Positions 46,059 through 56,282 of a stretch of 64,000 nucleotides of DNA are shown in pieces. The DNA is from Hyphococcus sp. (GTDB taxonomy: Bacteria > Pseudomonadota > Alphaproteobacteria > Caulobacterales > Parvularculaceae). Under the pieces are notes generated by a model. That model was given only the letters and a program-made list of their open reading frames with translations, had not been told where the DNA came from and searched no databases. Positions within the stretch are counted from its first letter, which is position 1. Every line of letters begins with the position of its first letter. The DNA is taken from NCBI GenBank assembly GCA_021776395.1, contig JAJFFZ010000076.1:13641-77640 (forward strand), written 5' to 3'. The translations under genes and the position numbers were made by a program.

Positions 46059-48701
46059 ATGAATTTTTTGACTAATTTCGCCCTCGCCGCGCCAAGAGCC
46101 TTTATCTGGGGCGCCGTGGTTATTGCATTCTCACTCATGGCGTTAGTCGCGGCGCCAACATTGTCACCAACGATCGCGCAATTTCTTCAGCCTTTATCAA
46201 TCGATGCGGATCCTGAAAATATGCTCGTCTATGACGAGCCGGTCCGAGTGTTTAATCGGGAGAGGAAAGATACTTTCTCTCTATACGATCTAATCGTTAT
46301 CGGTGTTGTCAATGACAGCCATGAAAGTGGCGTCTTTTCCATCGCCTCACTTTCAGACATCTACGATCTGGCGGAATTTGCCAAGAACATCCAGTGGGCC
46401 AACAAGCAGGGCGAGATTGAAGGCGTCGTACCGATTGACCTTATCACACCATCGACGATGGAAGATGTTCGCCAGGCCGGCCCCGGCGCGGTCGATTTTA
46501 ATTGGCTCATGGACGGGCCGCCGCAATCTGAGGCCGAAGCACTTGAGGTGCGTGATCGCGCGCTAAACCAACCGATATTATACGGGAGTTTAGTCTCGGA
46601 AGATGGTCGCTCGATCGCGCTTTATATCCCGATCACCTCGAAAGGCGTCAGCTACCGGGTAGCACAACAATTGCGTGAGCGGATCGCCAGTTACAACAGC
46701 GGCGATCAATATTGGATAACCGGCCTGCCGGTTGCGCAAGACCAGTTCGGCGTCGAGATGTTCATTCAGATGGGCATAACAACGCCGCTGGCGACAGGTC
46801 TGTTGTTCCTTTTGTTGTGGTTTTTCTTTCGCAACCTGACGCTGGTCGCCTCGCCAATTATGGTTGCGATGTTGTCCGTCACCATCACGGTCTGCCTTTT
46901 AATCGCGACCGGGCACAGCATTCACATCATGACCTCGATGATCCCAATATTCGTGATGCCTATCGCAGTTTTGGATTCCATCCACATTCTATCGGAGTTC
47001 CATGATCGGTATCCGGAATTTAAAGACCGGCGCGTGACGATTAAACACGTCATGTCAAAACTGGCGCTGCCGATGTTCTTTACATCAATCACCACGGGCA
47101 TTGGTTTCATGTCGTTAAACTTCATGCCTATCCCGCCTTTGCAGGCGTTTGGAACGTTTGTCGGCATCGGCGTGGTCGTCGCCTGGTTCTTAACCGTCAC
47201 CTTGATCCCCGCCTATATTATCATGATGCCAGAACGGAAATTCAAAAATTTCGGCATCAACAAAACAGGCGCCAGTGGCGAAGCCAAGTCATTCCTTCAT
47301 CGCACGTTACCCGCACTTGGCGCCGGCGCCATTCAATATTCGCGCCCAATATTATTGTTGATGATCCCCGTCGCAGCGATAGCATTATATGGCGCAAGCC
47401 AGATTGTCGCCAATGACAACCCGGTCAAATGGTTCGGCAAGGAACATAATATTCGCCAAGCCGACGCGGTTTTAAACAACGCTTTTGGCGGCAGTTACAT
47501 GGCCTATCTGGCGCTAGGACCCGACCAGAATGCGCAGTCACTAGATTTATATACCGATGAACTGGAAGCGCGCATTTTAACGAGAGAATTGGCCAAGCGG
47601 GAGATGTTGGCTTCTCTAGTCAGAGATATTTCAAAAACCGTCACGTCACGCACGGAACTACTCTCCGCCCTCCTTGCTACTGTTGAAGCACAGTTACACA
47701 GCGCAAAATCTGACATTGAGATTTCCGCATGGGAGGACGCTCTCTCTTTTCTCGATATTGAGCGCGCGCAAACAGAAATTTTTAAAGACCCAGATGTGCT
47801 CAGCTATATGAGCAAGCTACAGGCTTTCATCGAACAGGATGCCGCTGTTGGAAAAAGTAATTCTGTGGTTGAAATCATCAAGACCGTCTATCGCGAGCTA
47901 ATTTCCGGCGAAGATGCTGATTATCGCATACCGGACAGCGCTGCTGGCGTCGCGCAAACGTTGATTACTTTCCAAAATAGTCACCGCCCGCATGACCTCT
48001 GGCACTATGTCACGCCGGACTACCAGGAAGCTAATATCTGGGTACAGATGAAAAGCGGCGATAACCAAGACATGAACCGCGTGGACGCACTGGTTGCGCA
48101 ATATTTCATCGATAATCCCCCGCCCCGAAACCTTACCCACCAATGGTTCGGGTTAAACTACATCAACGTAGTCTGGCAGGACTATATTACGGTCGGCACG
48201 GCAAAAGCCTTAGTCGGCTCCTTTATCATCATCACATTATTGTTGATGGTTCTATTCAGATCAATCTTGTGGGGGCTCCTCGCTGTTGTCCCGCTCGGCT
48301 TTTCAATCGCGATGCTATATGGCGGTATTGGATTGGTCGGCAAAAGCCTTGATGCGCCCATTTCAATTCTTGGCGCCATCAGTCTCGGTCTTGCGGTTGA
48401 TTACGCAATCCATTTTGTGATGCGCAGCCGCGACATCGCCAAAGAACAGAACAACTGGCCCGACACAGCGCGCAATGTGTTTGGCGAACCGGCGCGCGCC
48501 ATCGTCCGGAATGTACTCATCTTGGGCGTAGGGTTTTTGCCCCTGCTGATAGCTCCGCTCATTCCCTACAAAGTTGTCGGCGTGATGCTCTCCGGCATCC
48601 TTATTCTCGCCGGTATCGCCACCTTGATCATTCTCCCTGCATTGATGAGCCTGCTTGAAGGCCGTCTGTTCAAATTTCGTCCCACAGGAGTAAGCTCATG
48701 A
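46059..48701 (+). CDS. MMPL/RND-family (COG1033-like) membrane transporter
   Basis: Two repeats of TM1, a periplasmic domain and 5 TMs; IAVLDSIHI, TSITTGIGF, GLAVDYAIHF and LIILPAL. Confidence 0.88.
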   Translation: MNFLTNFALAAPRAFIWGAVVIAFSLMALVAAPTLSPTIAQFLQPLSIDADPENMLVYDEPVRVFNRERKDTFSLYDLIVIGVVNDSHESGVFSIASLSDIYDLAEFAKNIQWANKQGEIEGVVPIDLITPSTMEDVRQAGPGAVDFNWLMDGPPQSEAEALEVRDRALNQPILYGSLVSEDGRSIALYIPITSKGVSYRVAQQLRERIASYNSGDQYWITGLPVAQDQFGVEMFIQMGITTPLATGLLFLLLWFFFRNLTLVASPIMVAMLSVTITVCLLIATGHSIHIMTSMIPIFVMPIAVLDSIHILSEFHDRYPEFKDRRVTIKHVMSKLALPMFFTSITTGIGFMSLNFMPIPPLQAFGTFVGIGVVVAWFLTVTLIPAYIIMMPERKFKNFGINKTGASGEAKSFLHRTLPALGAGAIQYSRPILLLMIPVAAIALYGASQIVANDNPVKWFGKEHNIRQADAVLNNAFGGSYMAYLALGPDQNAQSLDLYTDELEARILTRELAKREMLASLVRDISKTVTSRTELLSALLATVEAQLHSAKSDIEISAWEDALSFLDIERAQTEIFKDPDVLSYMSKLQAFIEQDAAVGKSNSVVEIIKTVYRELISGEDADYRIPDSAAGVAQTLITFQNSHRPHDLWHYVTPDYQEANIWVQMKSGDNQDMNRVDALVAQYFIDNPPPRNLTHQWFGLNYINVVWQDYITVGTAKALVGSFIIITLLLMVLFRSILWGLLAVVPLGFSIAMLYGGIGLVGKSLDAPISILGAISLGLAVDYAIHFVMRSRDIAKEQNNWPDTARNVFGEPARAIVRNVLILGVGFLPLLIAPLIPYKVVGVMLSGILILAGIATLIILPALMSLLEGRLFKFRPTGVSS

Positions 48702-49489
48702 AACATTATCTTCTTATTGCCGTCGTATTATTGTCTTTCCCGATCTCTACGACCCGAGCGCAGACGCCGGACGTGATGGATATTGTCGTCAAAACCGTTG
48801 AGGCGATGAATTACGCCGGTGGTGATGTCAAAGCGCGCATTGATATGCGCATCATCGACAGTCATGGCCGCGAACGTATTCGGCAGATGACGATGCTGCG
48901 TAGAAACGAAACAGCTGGATACGGTCCTCAGAAATATTATGTGTTTTTCAGTCGACCATCTGATGTCAAAGAAATGGTGTTCATGGCGTGGAAAAATACC
49001 GACCGCGCCGATGACCGCTGGCTCTACCTGCCAGCGCTCGATCTGGTTAAGCGGATTGCCGCAAGCGACGAGCGGACAAGTTTCGTCGGCTCGCACTTTT
49101 TCTATGAGGATGTTTCTGGCCGCAACATCGATGAAGACAATCACGAATTCATTGAAGAAACCGACGAATTCTATGTCATCAAAAGCACGCCGAAAGATCC
49201 GGGCGACGTAAAGTTCAACCACTATACGAGCTGGGTGGACAAGACGGCCTACCTGCCCATGCGCATGGAATATACGAACAAGCGCGGCGAAATATACCGG
49301 ACGTTTTCAGTGCAAACTGTTGATGTGATTCAAGACCACCCAACGATCATTGATGTCGAGATGGAAGACACAGCCATGGGCGGCAAAACCGCCCTGCATT
49401 ATTCCGCCGTCAAATACTCCATAGGCATCAGGGAGAATATTTTCTCCGAGCGATTTTTACGCCGCCCGCCCCGAGATTATTTGAGATAA
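48698..49489 (+). CDS. LolA-like outer membrane lipoprotein-sorting family protein
   Basis: Signal peptide, DDRWLYLPALDLVKRI, SFVGSHFFYED and FSERFL; ATGA-coupled to the MMPL gene. Confidence 0.85.
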   Translation: MKHYLLIAVVLLSFPISTTRAQTPDVMDIVVKTVEAMNYAGGDVKARIDMRIIDSHGRERIRQMTMLRRNETAGYGPQKYYVFFSRPSDVKEMVFMAWKNTDRADDRWLYLPALDLVKRIAASDERTSFVGSHFFYEDVSGRNIDEDNHEFIEETDEFYVIKSTPKDPGDVKFNHYTSWVDKTAYLPMRMEYTNKRGEIYRTFSVQTVDVIQDHPTIIDVEMEDTAMGGKTALHYSAVKYSIGIRENIFSERFLRRPPRDYLR

Positions 49490-49492
49490 CCG

Positions 49493-50842
49493 ATGCGTGA
49501 CTATTTTTTATTGACTGCCGCATGCTTTTCGTTTGTTGGGACCGCGGTCGCAGGCGAAGCTACACAAGCGGCGGAGATGACGCAGGCCGCAAGCACGCTG
49601 AACAGAACTGACGATATATATGACAATAACAAAGATGCGTTGATCGATATTTATGGCTTCATCGATACACGGGTTGGGATTCGCACCGGCAGCGAAATAG
49701 CCGGCGACAAGAATATCAGCCTCGGCGAGGTTCGGTTGCAGCTTGAGACCAGGCCGTATGTAAGTATATTTACATTCAATTTTGCTACTGATTTTTTGTT
49801 CGACCCTGTCGCAGACCGATATGCCGTCGATCTCGCTACTGGCGACGGCGCCATCGATCCTCGACGGATTAACGTGGAATTTAGTCCGGCAAATTTCATC
49901 GACATGAAAATCGGCCGGCAAATCCTCACCTGGGGCACGGGCGATTTTGTCTTCATCAATGACTTATTCGCAAAAGACTGGGATTCATTCTTTCTTGGGC
50001 GCGACGTAGAATATCTAAAAGCGCCTGTTGACGCCGCGAAAGCATCATTTTTCTTTGACGTGCTCAACATCGATGTCGTCTACACTCCAAAATTTGGCGC
50101 CGACCGGTTCGTCGATGGGCGCAGAATCTCGTTCTTTGATCGCACAACGAATGAATTTCGCGGGCGAGACAACCCTCTCCTGTTTGACCGGCCAAATGAC
50201 TGGTTTGACGATGATGAGATCGCCGCGCGCGCCTATCGTTCCATCGGCGCTGTTGAAGCTGCTGTTTATTATTACAACGGATTTTGGAAAAGTCCGGTCG
50301 GACAAAACGCCCTGGATGGGCGGGCGAGCTTTCCAAAATTAAGCGTTTATGGAGCAAGCCTCAGAGGGCCGCTGGCCGGAGGCATCACCTGGATCGAGGC
50401 CGGCTATTATGACAGCGCAGATGGCGCCGCATTAGATCCCCTCATCCGCAACAGTGAACTGCGCTTTCTCGCCGGGTTCGAAAAAGAAATTGCAACCGAA
50501 TTGACCGCGAGCATCCAGTACAATTTGGAGCGCAAACTTGACTATGATGGTTATTTAAACGCGCTGCCATCGGGTGCCTCGCTGGATGATCAAGACAAGC
50601 ATTTAGTGACGCTACGCCTCACGAAACTAGCGCTGCGACAAAATTTAGAACTATCCGCATTCAATTTTTACGCGCCGTCCGACAAAGATGGTTATCTTCG
50701 CTTCAATGCATCTTATAAAATATCGGGTGAGTTGCGCGTCGAAGCCGGCGGTAACTTTTTTTATGGCTCGCAAGATCATACTTTTCTGTCGCAATTTCGA
50801 AATAATAATAATATCTACATTGCCATCCGACGAAATATTTGA
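49493..50842 (+). CDS. Probable outer membrane beta-barrel protein (DUF1302-like)
   Basis: Signal peptide, KIGRQILTWGTGD, alternating aromatic beta-strand pattern and SQFRNNNNIYIAIR terminal strand. Confidence 0.7.
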   Translation: MRDYFLLTAACFSFVGTAVAGEATQAAEMTQAASTLNRTDDIYDNNKDALIDIYGFIDTRVGIRTGSEIAGDKNISLGEVRLQLETRPYVSIFTFNFATDFLFDPVADRYAVDLATGDGAIDPRRINVEFSPANFIDMKIGRQILTWGTGDFVFINDLFAKDWDSFFLGRDVEYLKAPVDAAKASFFFDVLNIDVVYTPKFGADRFVDGRRISFFDRTTNEFRGRDNPLLFDRPNDWFDDDEIAARAYRSIGAVEAAVYYYNGFWKSPVGQNALDGRASFPKLSVYGASLRGPLAGGITWIEAGYYDSADGAALDPLIRNSELRFLAGFEKEIATELTASIQYNLERKLDYDGYLNALPSGASLDDQDKHLVTLRLTKLALRQNLELSAFNFYAPSDKDGYLRFNASYKISGELRVEAGGNFFYGSQDHTFLSQFRNNNNIYIAIRRNI

Positions 50843-50955
50843 ATGCACAAGGTCCATTCACATTTTTTGCCTTAAAGCCTCCTCTGTCAACAATATCAGC
50901 TCTCGCCAAACGCTTAAAAAATTGCAACACTCGGCCCTTCCATAGGGACCATGGC

Positions 50956-51984
50956 ATGCGATTTCAGCGCCGAACTTTACTACAAGCCGCAACAGGCGCG
51001 ATACTGACTTCCGCCGCGAGCAGTTGCGCTATCCGGGATTTAAAATTATTCTCCCCCAACGCGAAAGAACCGATCATGTCGGAAACAACTCCCAGCCCCT
51101 TAATCGTCGGCCATCGCGGCGCCCCCGGCTATCTCCCGGAACATACGCTCGCTGGTTACCGTTTAGCCGCTGCGCTAGGCGCCGATTACATCGAACCTGA
51201 TCTCGTCTTTACAAAGGATGGATATTTGGTCGCCCGCCATGATCATTATTTATCTACTACCACCGACATTGCTGATCACCCAGAATTTGTAAACAGAAAA
51301 ACCGAAAAGCCTGGCCATGACGGCGCTGATTGGTTTACGGAAGATTTTACTCTCGCTGAACTTAAGACCCTGCGAGCGCGCCAGGCTATGGCGTTCCGCA
51401 GCCATGCGGCGGATGGCATGTTCGAAATCCCGACCTTTGATGAGGTGATCGCGCTTGCGCAGTCTGAAGGAAAAAGACTGGGCAGAACAATCGGTATTTA
51501 TCCGGAAACAAAATCACCGGGTTATTTCACCGGCCTTGGGTTTGACTATGCAACGGAAGTTCTCAGCGCATTGAAACGCGCCGGATGGGGTGGAAAAGAC
51601 GCGCCGGTGTTTATTCAGTCGTTCGAAACGCCAATATTAAAAGAGCTGAGGAGCAAAACCCAATTGCCGCTCATCTATCTCCTCGAGTCAATGAGCGACC
51701 TCTCCATGTCCGAAATTGCTCAGTTTGCGGATGGTATCGGGCCTTACAAAGAACTGCTGGTCGATACGGAAGGCCGGTCGAACGGATTTGTCGAGGCCGC
51801 CCATGCCGCTGGCCTCAAAATTCACCCCTGGACCTTCAGAGCAGACCAGCTGCCCGATGCGTTTCAGACCGCCCATGGCGAGTTTGAATTCTTCTTCAAC
51901 CTTGGCGTCGATGGCGTGTTCACGGATTTTCCCGATGCGGCCTATGCCGCACGGCTTGCGGGCGTTGCCGCCCAAGAAAAGTGA
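50956..51984 (+). CDS. Glycerophosphodiester phosphodiesterase, predicted Tat-exported lipoprotein
   Basis: QRRTLL twin-Arg motif plus ASSC lipobox-like site; GHRGA, PEHT, IEPDLVFTKDG, ARHD, YPETK and DGVFTDFP. Confidence 0.92.
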   Translation: MRFQRRTLLQAATGAILTSAASSCAIRDLKLFSPNAKEPIMSETTPSPLIVGHRGAPGYLPEHTLAGYRLAAALGADYIEPDLVFTKDGYLVARHDHYLSTTTDIADHPEFVNRKTEKPGHDGADWFTEDFTLAELKTLRARQAMAFRSHAADGMFEIPTFDEVIALAQSEGKRLGRTIGIYPETKSPGYFTGLGFDYATEVLSALKRAGWGGKDAPVFIQSFETPILKELRSKTQLPLIYLLESMSDLSMSEIAQFADGIGPYKELLVDTEGRSNGFVEAAHAAGLKIHPWTFRADQLPDAFQTAHGEFEFFFNLGVDGVFTDFPDAAYAARLAGVAAQEK

Positions 51985-51993
51985 CAGCGAATA

Positions 51994-53001
51994 TTACTCG
52001 CTCGCCATTTCCTCGCTCGCGCCCGTCTCGTCACTCGATGCGACTGGGTTGAGGTCTGCAAGGAACGACAGCAACACCGGATTAACCGCTTCGGATTTGC
52101 GAAAGTTCATCGCATGGTCGCCGTTCTCGATAATCACCAGCGTCGCATTCGGCGCCGCCGCCGCAAATACATCCGCACTGTCAATATGAACGGTTTCATC
52201 TTTGTCGCCGAATATTGCCAACATAGGAAACCCTGCATCACCGGCCGCTTTAAAAATATCGTCTTGGCCGCGCAATGGAAAATGACGAAGAATATTCAAC
52301 ATCGCCGGAAAATACCCGCGATACTCCGCCTGGATAAGCGGATCACCGAGCAACGGGCCGTCACCGCACTCATCGCAAGGCGGCTTCCACGGCGCTAACA
52401 ACTGGCCTCGCCCAACAACGCGCCACAGCCATTCCCCGGCGATGGGCGCGCGTAAAATGTTCGATATCAAATCGTCGTCACGACCATGCATTCTAAGGCC
52501 TGCCGGAACAATCAGCATCAATCCTTTAATCTGGTCGGGATGTTGGCTGGCGTAAAGCGTTGCAGCCATGGCGCCAGTAGATTGGCCCGCGAGATAAAAT
52601 GGTTTCTCCACGTCTGTCGCATCCAGCAATTCACGTATCTGGCGCTCAAAAAAAGCCTGGTCATATTTCTCGGTTGGGCGGTCAGAAAAGCCGTGCCCAA
52701 ACAGATCCGGCAACAAAATGCGATAGCCTGCGCCAGCAAGGGCTTCCGCATTTTGGGCAAACATAAAATGAGGAATATAAAGCCCGTGCAGCATGACGAT
52801 AGTCTCGCCATTGGCGACTTCCGGCGCCGGTTCAACCCAGACATAGTGGAGTTTGCCACTGGTCAGTTCTGCAAATTGGCCCGGCGCACGACCACGCGCT
52901 TCATCATCAAACGGCTTGTCGCCCACCCCAATCCACACATAGGGAACGATAAAGGCGGCCGTAACCACCACCGCCAGCACCATAATAATCTTCTTTAACA
53001 T
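51994..53001 (-). CDS. Membrane-anchored alpha/beta hydrolase (lipase/esterase-like)
   Basis: N-terminal TM, LHG, DLFGHGFS, GQSTG nucleophile elbow, GDKD and GDHA triad. Confidence 0.85.
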   Translation of the reverse strand: MLKKIIMVLAVVVTAAFIVPYVWIGVGDKPFDDEARGRAPGQFAELTSGKLHYVWVEPAPEVANGETIVMLHGLYIPHFMFAQNAEALAGAGYRILLPDLFGHGFSDRPTEKYDQAFFERQIRELLDATDVEKPFYLAGQSTGAMAATLYASQHPDQIKGLMLIVPAGLRMHGRDDDLISNILRAPIAGEWLWRVVGRGQLLAPWKPPCDECGDGPLLGDPLIQAEYRGYFPAMLNILRHFPLRGQDDIFKAAGDAGFPMLAIFGDKDETVHIDSADVFAAAAPNATLVIIENGDHAMNFRKSEAVNPVLLSFLADLNPVASSDETGASEEMASE

Positions 53002-53239
53002 GTGGTCTCCCCGTTGCTACACGCCTTGGCGTGACTGGATATTCACGAGCATATCATTAGCAGAATAGATTTCCACACGCCTATACACCTGTCCAGGCAA
53101 AAGCCTCGCGGCGCTTTCACGAACAGAACAATACGCCGAGAGGTGAGCGTTTGTATTGCTATGGGCGCCAATCTCCTGAAATATGGCGACTGTCATCAAT
53201 GACAATCGATCGAAATACGCGCACTGAATTTGGGGCCGG

Positions 53240-54307
53240 ATGCTGGAACTGAAATCCATCACCAAACATGAACATGGGCAAGCGCATGTGGAGGGCGTCA
53301 GCCTTTCACTGGAGCCGGGTAAGATGCATATATTGCTGGGCCCGACGCTATCCGGAAAAACAACCTTGTTGCGGTTGATGGCGGGCCTCGATAGACCCAC
53401 AAGCGGCGAGATCATTATGGATGGTCAGGCCGTCACCGGCGTTCCGGTGCGCAAACGCAACGTCGCAATGGTCTACCAGCAATTCGTCAACTACCCGTCT
53501 TTAAGCGTTTATGAAAACATCGCCTCGCCGTTGCGGGTTCGCGGCGCCGCCAGGCGATACATCAGAAAAAAAGTAGAAGGCGCCGCTGATGTTCTCGGCA
53601 TCAAAGAATTTTTTCGCCGCCGCCCGAGCGAGCTCTCCGGCGGCCAGCAGCAACGTGTCGCATTGGCGCGCGCCCTGGTCAAAGAAGCATCGCTTGTCTT
53701 GCTTGATGAACCGCTGGCAAATCTTGACTACAAACTTCGCGAGGAGTTGCGCACAGAATTGCCCCGGATCTTTAAAGGCTCCGGCGCGGTGATTGTCTAT
53801 GCAACCTCCGAGCCCCGCGAGGCGATGTTGATTGGCGACAGCGTCACATGCTTGCATGAGGGCCGCATCGCCAGCACCGGAACCGCGCGTGCGCTTTACG
53901 ACCGCCCGAACACGCTGGTCACTGCGAAAATCATGAGCGATCCGCCGCTGAATACGATACGCATCGAGAAGAAAGGCGCCGTTTTGGAACTTGGCGGCGA
54001 CAGGCGCCTGCATATCGGCGCCCACATGGAAACCCTGGCAGACGGGCCTTATGAAATCGGCCTGCGCGCGCATCATCTTGGTATCAGCGCGTCTGCTAGC
54101 AACGGCATAGAGGCCGTCGTCGCGACGACTGAAGTCACCGGCTCGGAAACAATGGTGCATGCGGAATTTATGGGAACGCGCTGGGTATCGCTGCTGCATG
54201 GCGTCCACGCATTAAATGCGGGAGATAAAATTTCACTCAATCCCGACGCGGATAGGCTGTTTGTGTTTGATGAAACCGGCGCTCTTGTCGCCACTCCGGC
54301 GAGTTGA
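53240..54307 (+). CDS. Glycerol ABC transporter ATPase (GlpS-like)
   Basis: GPTLSGKT, VYQQFVNYP, LSGGQQQR and DEPLANLDYKLREELR. Confidence 0.88.
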   Translation: MLELKSITKHEHGQAHVEGVSLSLEPGKMHILLGPTLSGKTTLLRLMAGLDRPTSGEIIMDGQAVTGVPVRKRNVAMVYQQFVNYPSLSVYENIASPLRVRGAARRYIRKKVEGAADVLGIKEFFRRRPSELSGGQQQRVALARALVKEASLVLLDEPLANLDYKLREELRTELPRIFKGSGAVIVYATSEPREAMLIGDSVTCLHEGRIASTGTARALYDRPNTLVTAKIMSDPPLNTIRIEKKGAVLELGGDRRLHIGAHMETLADGPYEIGLRAHHLGISASASNGIEAVVATTEVTGSETMVHAEFMGTRWVSLLHGVHALNAGDKISLNPDADRLFVFDETGALVATPAS

Positions 54308-54312
54308 ACGCA

Positions 54313-55395
54313 ATGGCGCAGATAGACTTAAAAAATATCGCTCATTCCTACGCTGCCGCGCCATCATCAGAAGATGACTTCGCGCTTAAAAAACTTGACG
54401 TCAGTTGGCAAGACGGCGGCGCCTATGCGCTTTTAGGGCCCTCAGGATGCGGCAAGACAACCCTCCTCAACATCATTTCCGGATTGCTGCACCCAACGCA
54501 AGGAGCGGTTTTGTTCGACGGCGCCGACATAACGCCAAAACCGCCCGAAGCACGCAACATCGCGCAGGTTTTTCAGTTTCCTGTCATCTACGACACGATG
54601 ACGGTCTATCAAAATCTCGCCTTCCCGCTTCAAAATCGTAAAGTCCCTAAGCGTCAAATTGACGTCCGCGTGCGCCGCCTCGCTGACATGCTGGAATTAT
54701 CAAAATATTTGTCACGCAAAGCGCGCGATTTATCGGCCGACGAAAAACAAAAAATATCCCTTGGCCGCGGCCTTATCCGCGAGGATGTCGCCGCGATTTT
54801 ATTTGATGAACCGCTTACGGTAATAGATCCGCAACTGAAATGGTCGCTCCGATCTCAGCTGAAACGCCTTCATGCTGAATTCAATCACACCATGATTTAT
54901 GTCACCCACGACCAGACCGAAGCCCTGACATTTGCCGATCAGGTAATTGTCATGTCCGAAGGCGAGATCGTGCAGACCGCCTCGCCGCAAGAATTGTTTG
55001 AACGCCCGGCGCACACATTTGTCGGTCGGTTTATCGGCTCACCGGGGATGAATGTCCTGCCCTGCGCAATCGACAACACCAATGTCATTCTTGCCGGTCA
55101 CGCCATCAATATCGGCCGTAACGTTACTCTGCCCTCTGACGCCGAACGCATTGAGCTTGGCGTGCGCCCGGAATTTGTCAAAATTAGCACTGACGAGAAC
55201 GCCCTGCCGGCAACGGTTGAGGCGATTGAGGACGCCGGACGATATCGCATAGCGCGTTTGCGATTGCACGACTTGCAGCTCGCCGTGATCCTGCCCGATG
55301 GTGCAGCGCTGCCTTCCGGGACTACTGGCGTTATATTCGATACGGAGAATACGCACATATACGCCGACGGTCATCTCGTGGAAAGGCGAGCCTAA
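54313..55395 (+). CDS. Glycerol ABC transporter ATPase (rhizobial GlpT-like)
   Basis: GPSGCGKT, QVFQFPVIYD, LSADEKQKISLGRG, DEPLTVIDP and VTHDQ. Confidence 0.88.
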   Translation: MAQIDLKNIAHSYAAAPSSEDDFALKKLDVSWQDGGAYALLGPSGCGKTTLLNIISGLLHPTQGAVLFDGADITPKPPEARNIAQVFQFPVIYDTMTVYQNLAFPLQNRKVPKRQIDVRVRRLADMLELSKYLSRKARDLSADEKQKISLGRGLIREDVAAILFDEPLTVIDPQLKWSLRSQLKRLHAEFNHTMIYVTHDQTEALTFADQVIVMSEGEIVQTASPQELFERPAHTFVGRFIGSPGMNVLPCAIDNTNVILAGHAINIGRNVTLPSDAERIELGVRPEFVKISTDENALPATVEAIEDAGRYRIARLRLHDLQLAVILPDGAALPSGTTGVIFDTENTHIYADGHLVERRA

Positions 55396-55400
55396 CGCCC

Positions 55401-56282
55401 ATGCAAAAAACCCACGATCATAAAGCCTTATGGCTCGTCGCGCCCGCATTATTGCTGGTGGCGTTTACCGCTGTCATTCCTTTAATGACCGTGGTGAATT
55501 ATTCCGTACAGGATACATTTGGAAATAACCAGTTTTTCTGGGTCGGGGCGGAATGGTACCGGGAGATTCTACGCTCGGACCGATTTCACGCCGCCTTCCT
55601 CCGGCAGATCGCATTTTCCGCCACGATTTTGGCGATTGAAATTCCCCTCGGCCTCGCAATTGCGCTCTCCATGCCAAAGAAGGGCCTGGGCGTTTCTGTT
55701 TGTCTCGTGTTGATGGCGCTGCCGCTTTTGATCCCCTGGAATGTGGTCGGTACGATCTGGCAAATTTTTGCGCGGGTCGATATCGGTCTTCTCGGTCATA
55801 CGCTGAACGGGCTTGGTATAGATTTCAACTACACGCAAAATGCCGGCGCCGCATGGGCGACGCTCATCATCATGGATGTCTGGCACTGGACAAGCCTGGT
55901 GGTGCTGCTTTGTTATGCCGGGCTGGTCGCCATCCCGCCGGCTTATTATCAGGCGGCGCGTATTGATGGCGCATCGCGCTGGGCGGTTTTTCGTTATATT
56001 GAACTTCCCAAAATGAGCCGCGTCTTATTGATCGCGGTTTTGTTGCGGTTCATGGACAGCTTCATGATCTATACCGAGCCATTTGTCGTCACTGGCGGCG
56101 GCCCCGGCAACGCCACCACGTTTCTTTCCGTCGATCTCGTTAAAATGGCGATCGGCCAGTTTGACTTGGGCCCGGCGGCGGCGATGTCGGTGATTTATTT
56201 TCTCATCGTCATTTTAGTCTCATGGGCGTTCTACACCATCATGACGCGGGAAGATTTTGAACCCTCCGGAGGCGCGCGATGA
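55401..56282 (+). CDS. Glycerol ABC transporter permease 1
   Basis: IPLMTVVNYSVQD, YYQAARIDGA (EAA loop) and LRFMDSFMIYTEP. Confidence 0.88.
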   Translation: MQKTHDHKALWLVAPALLLVAFTAVIPLMTVVNYSVQDTFGNNQFFWVGAEWYREILRSDRFHAAFLRQIAFSATILAIEIPLGLAIALSMPKKGLGVSVCLVLMALPLLIPWNVVGTIWQIFARVDIGLLGHTLNGLGIDFNYTQNAGAAWATLIIMDVWHWTSLVVLLCYAGLVAIPPAYYQAARIDGASRWAVFRYIELPKMSRVLLIAVLLRFMDSFMIYTEPFVVTGGGPGNATTFLSVDLVKMAIGQFDLGPAAAMSVIYFLIVILVSWAFYTIMTREDFEPSGGAR

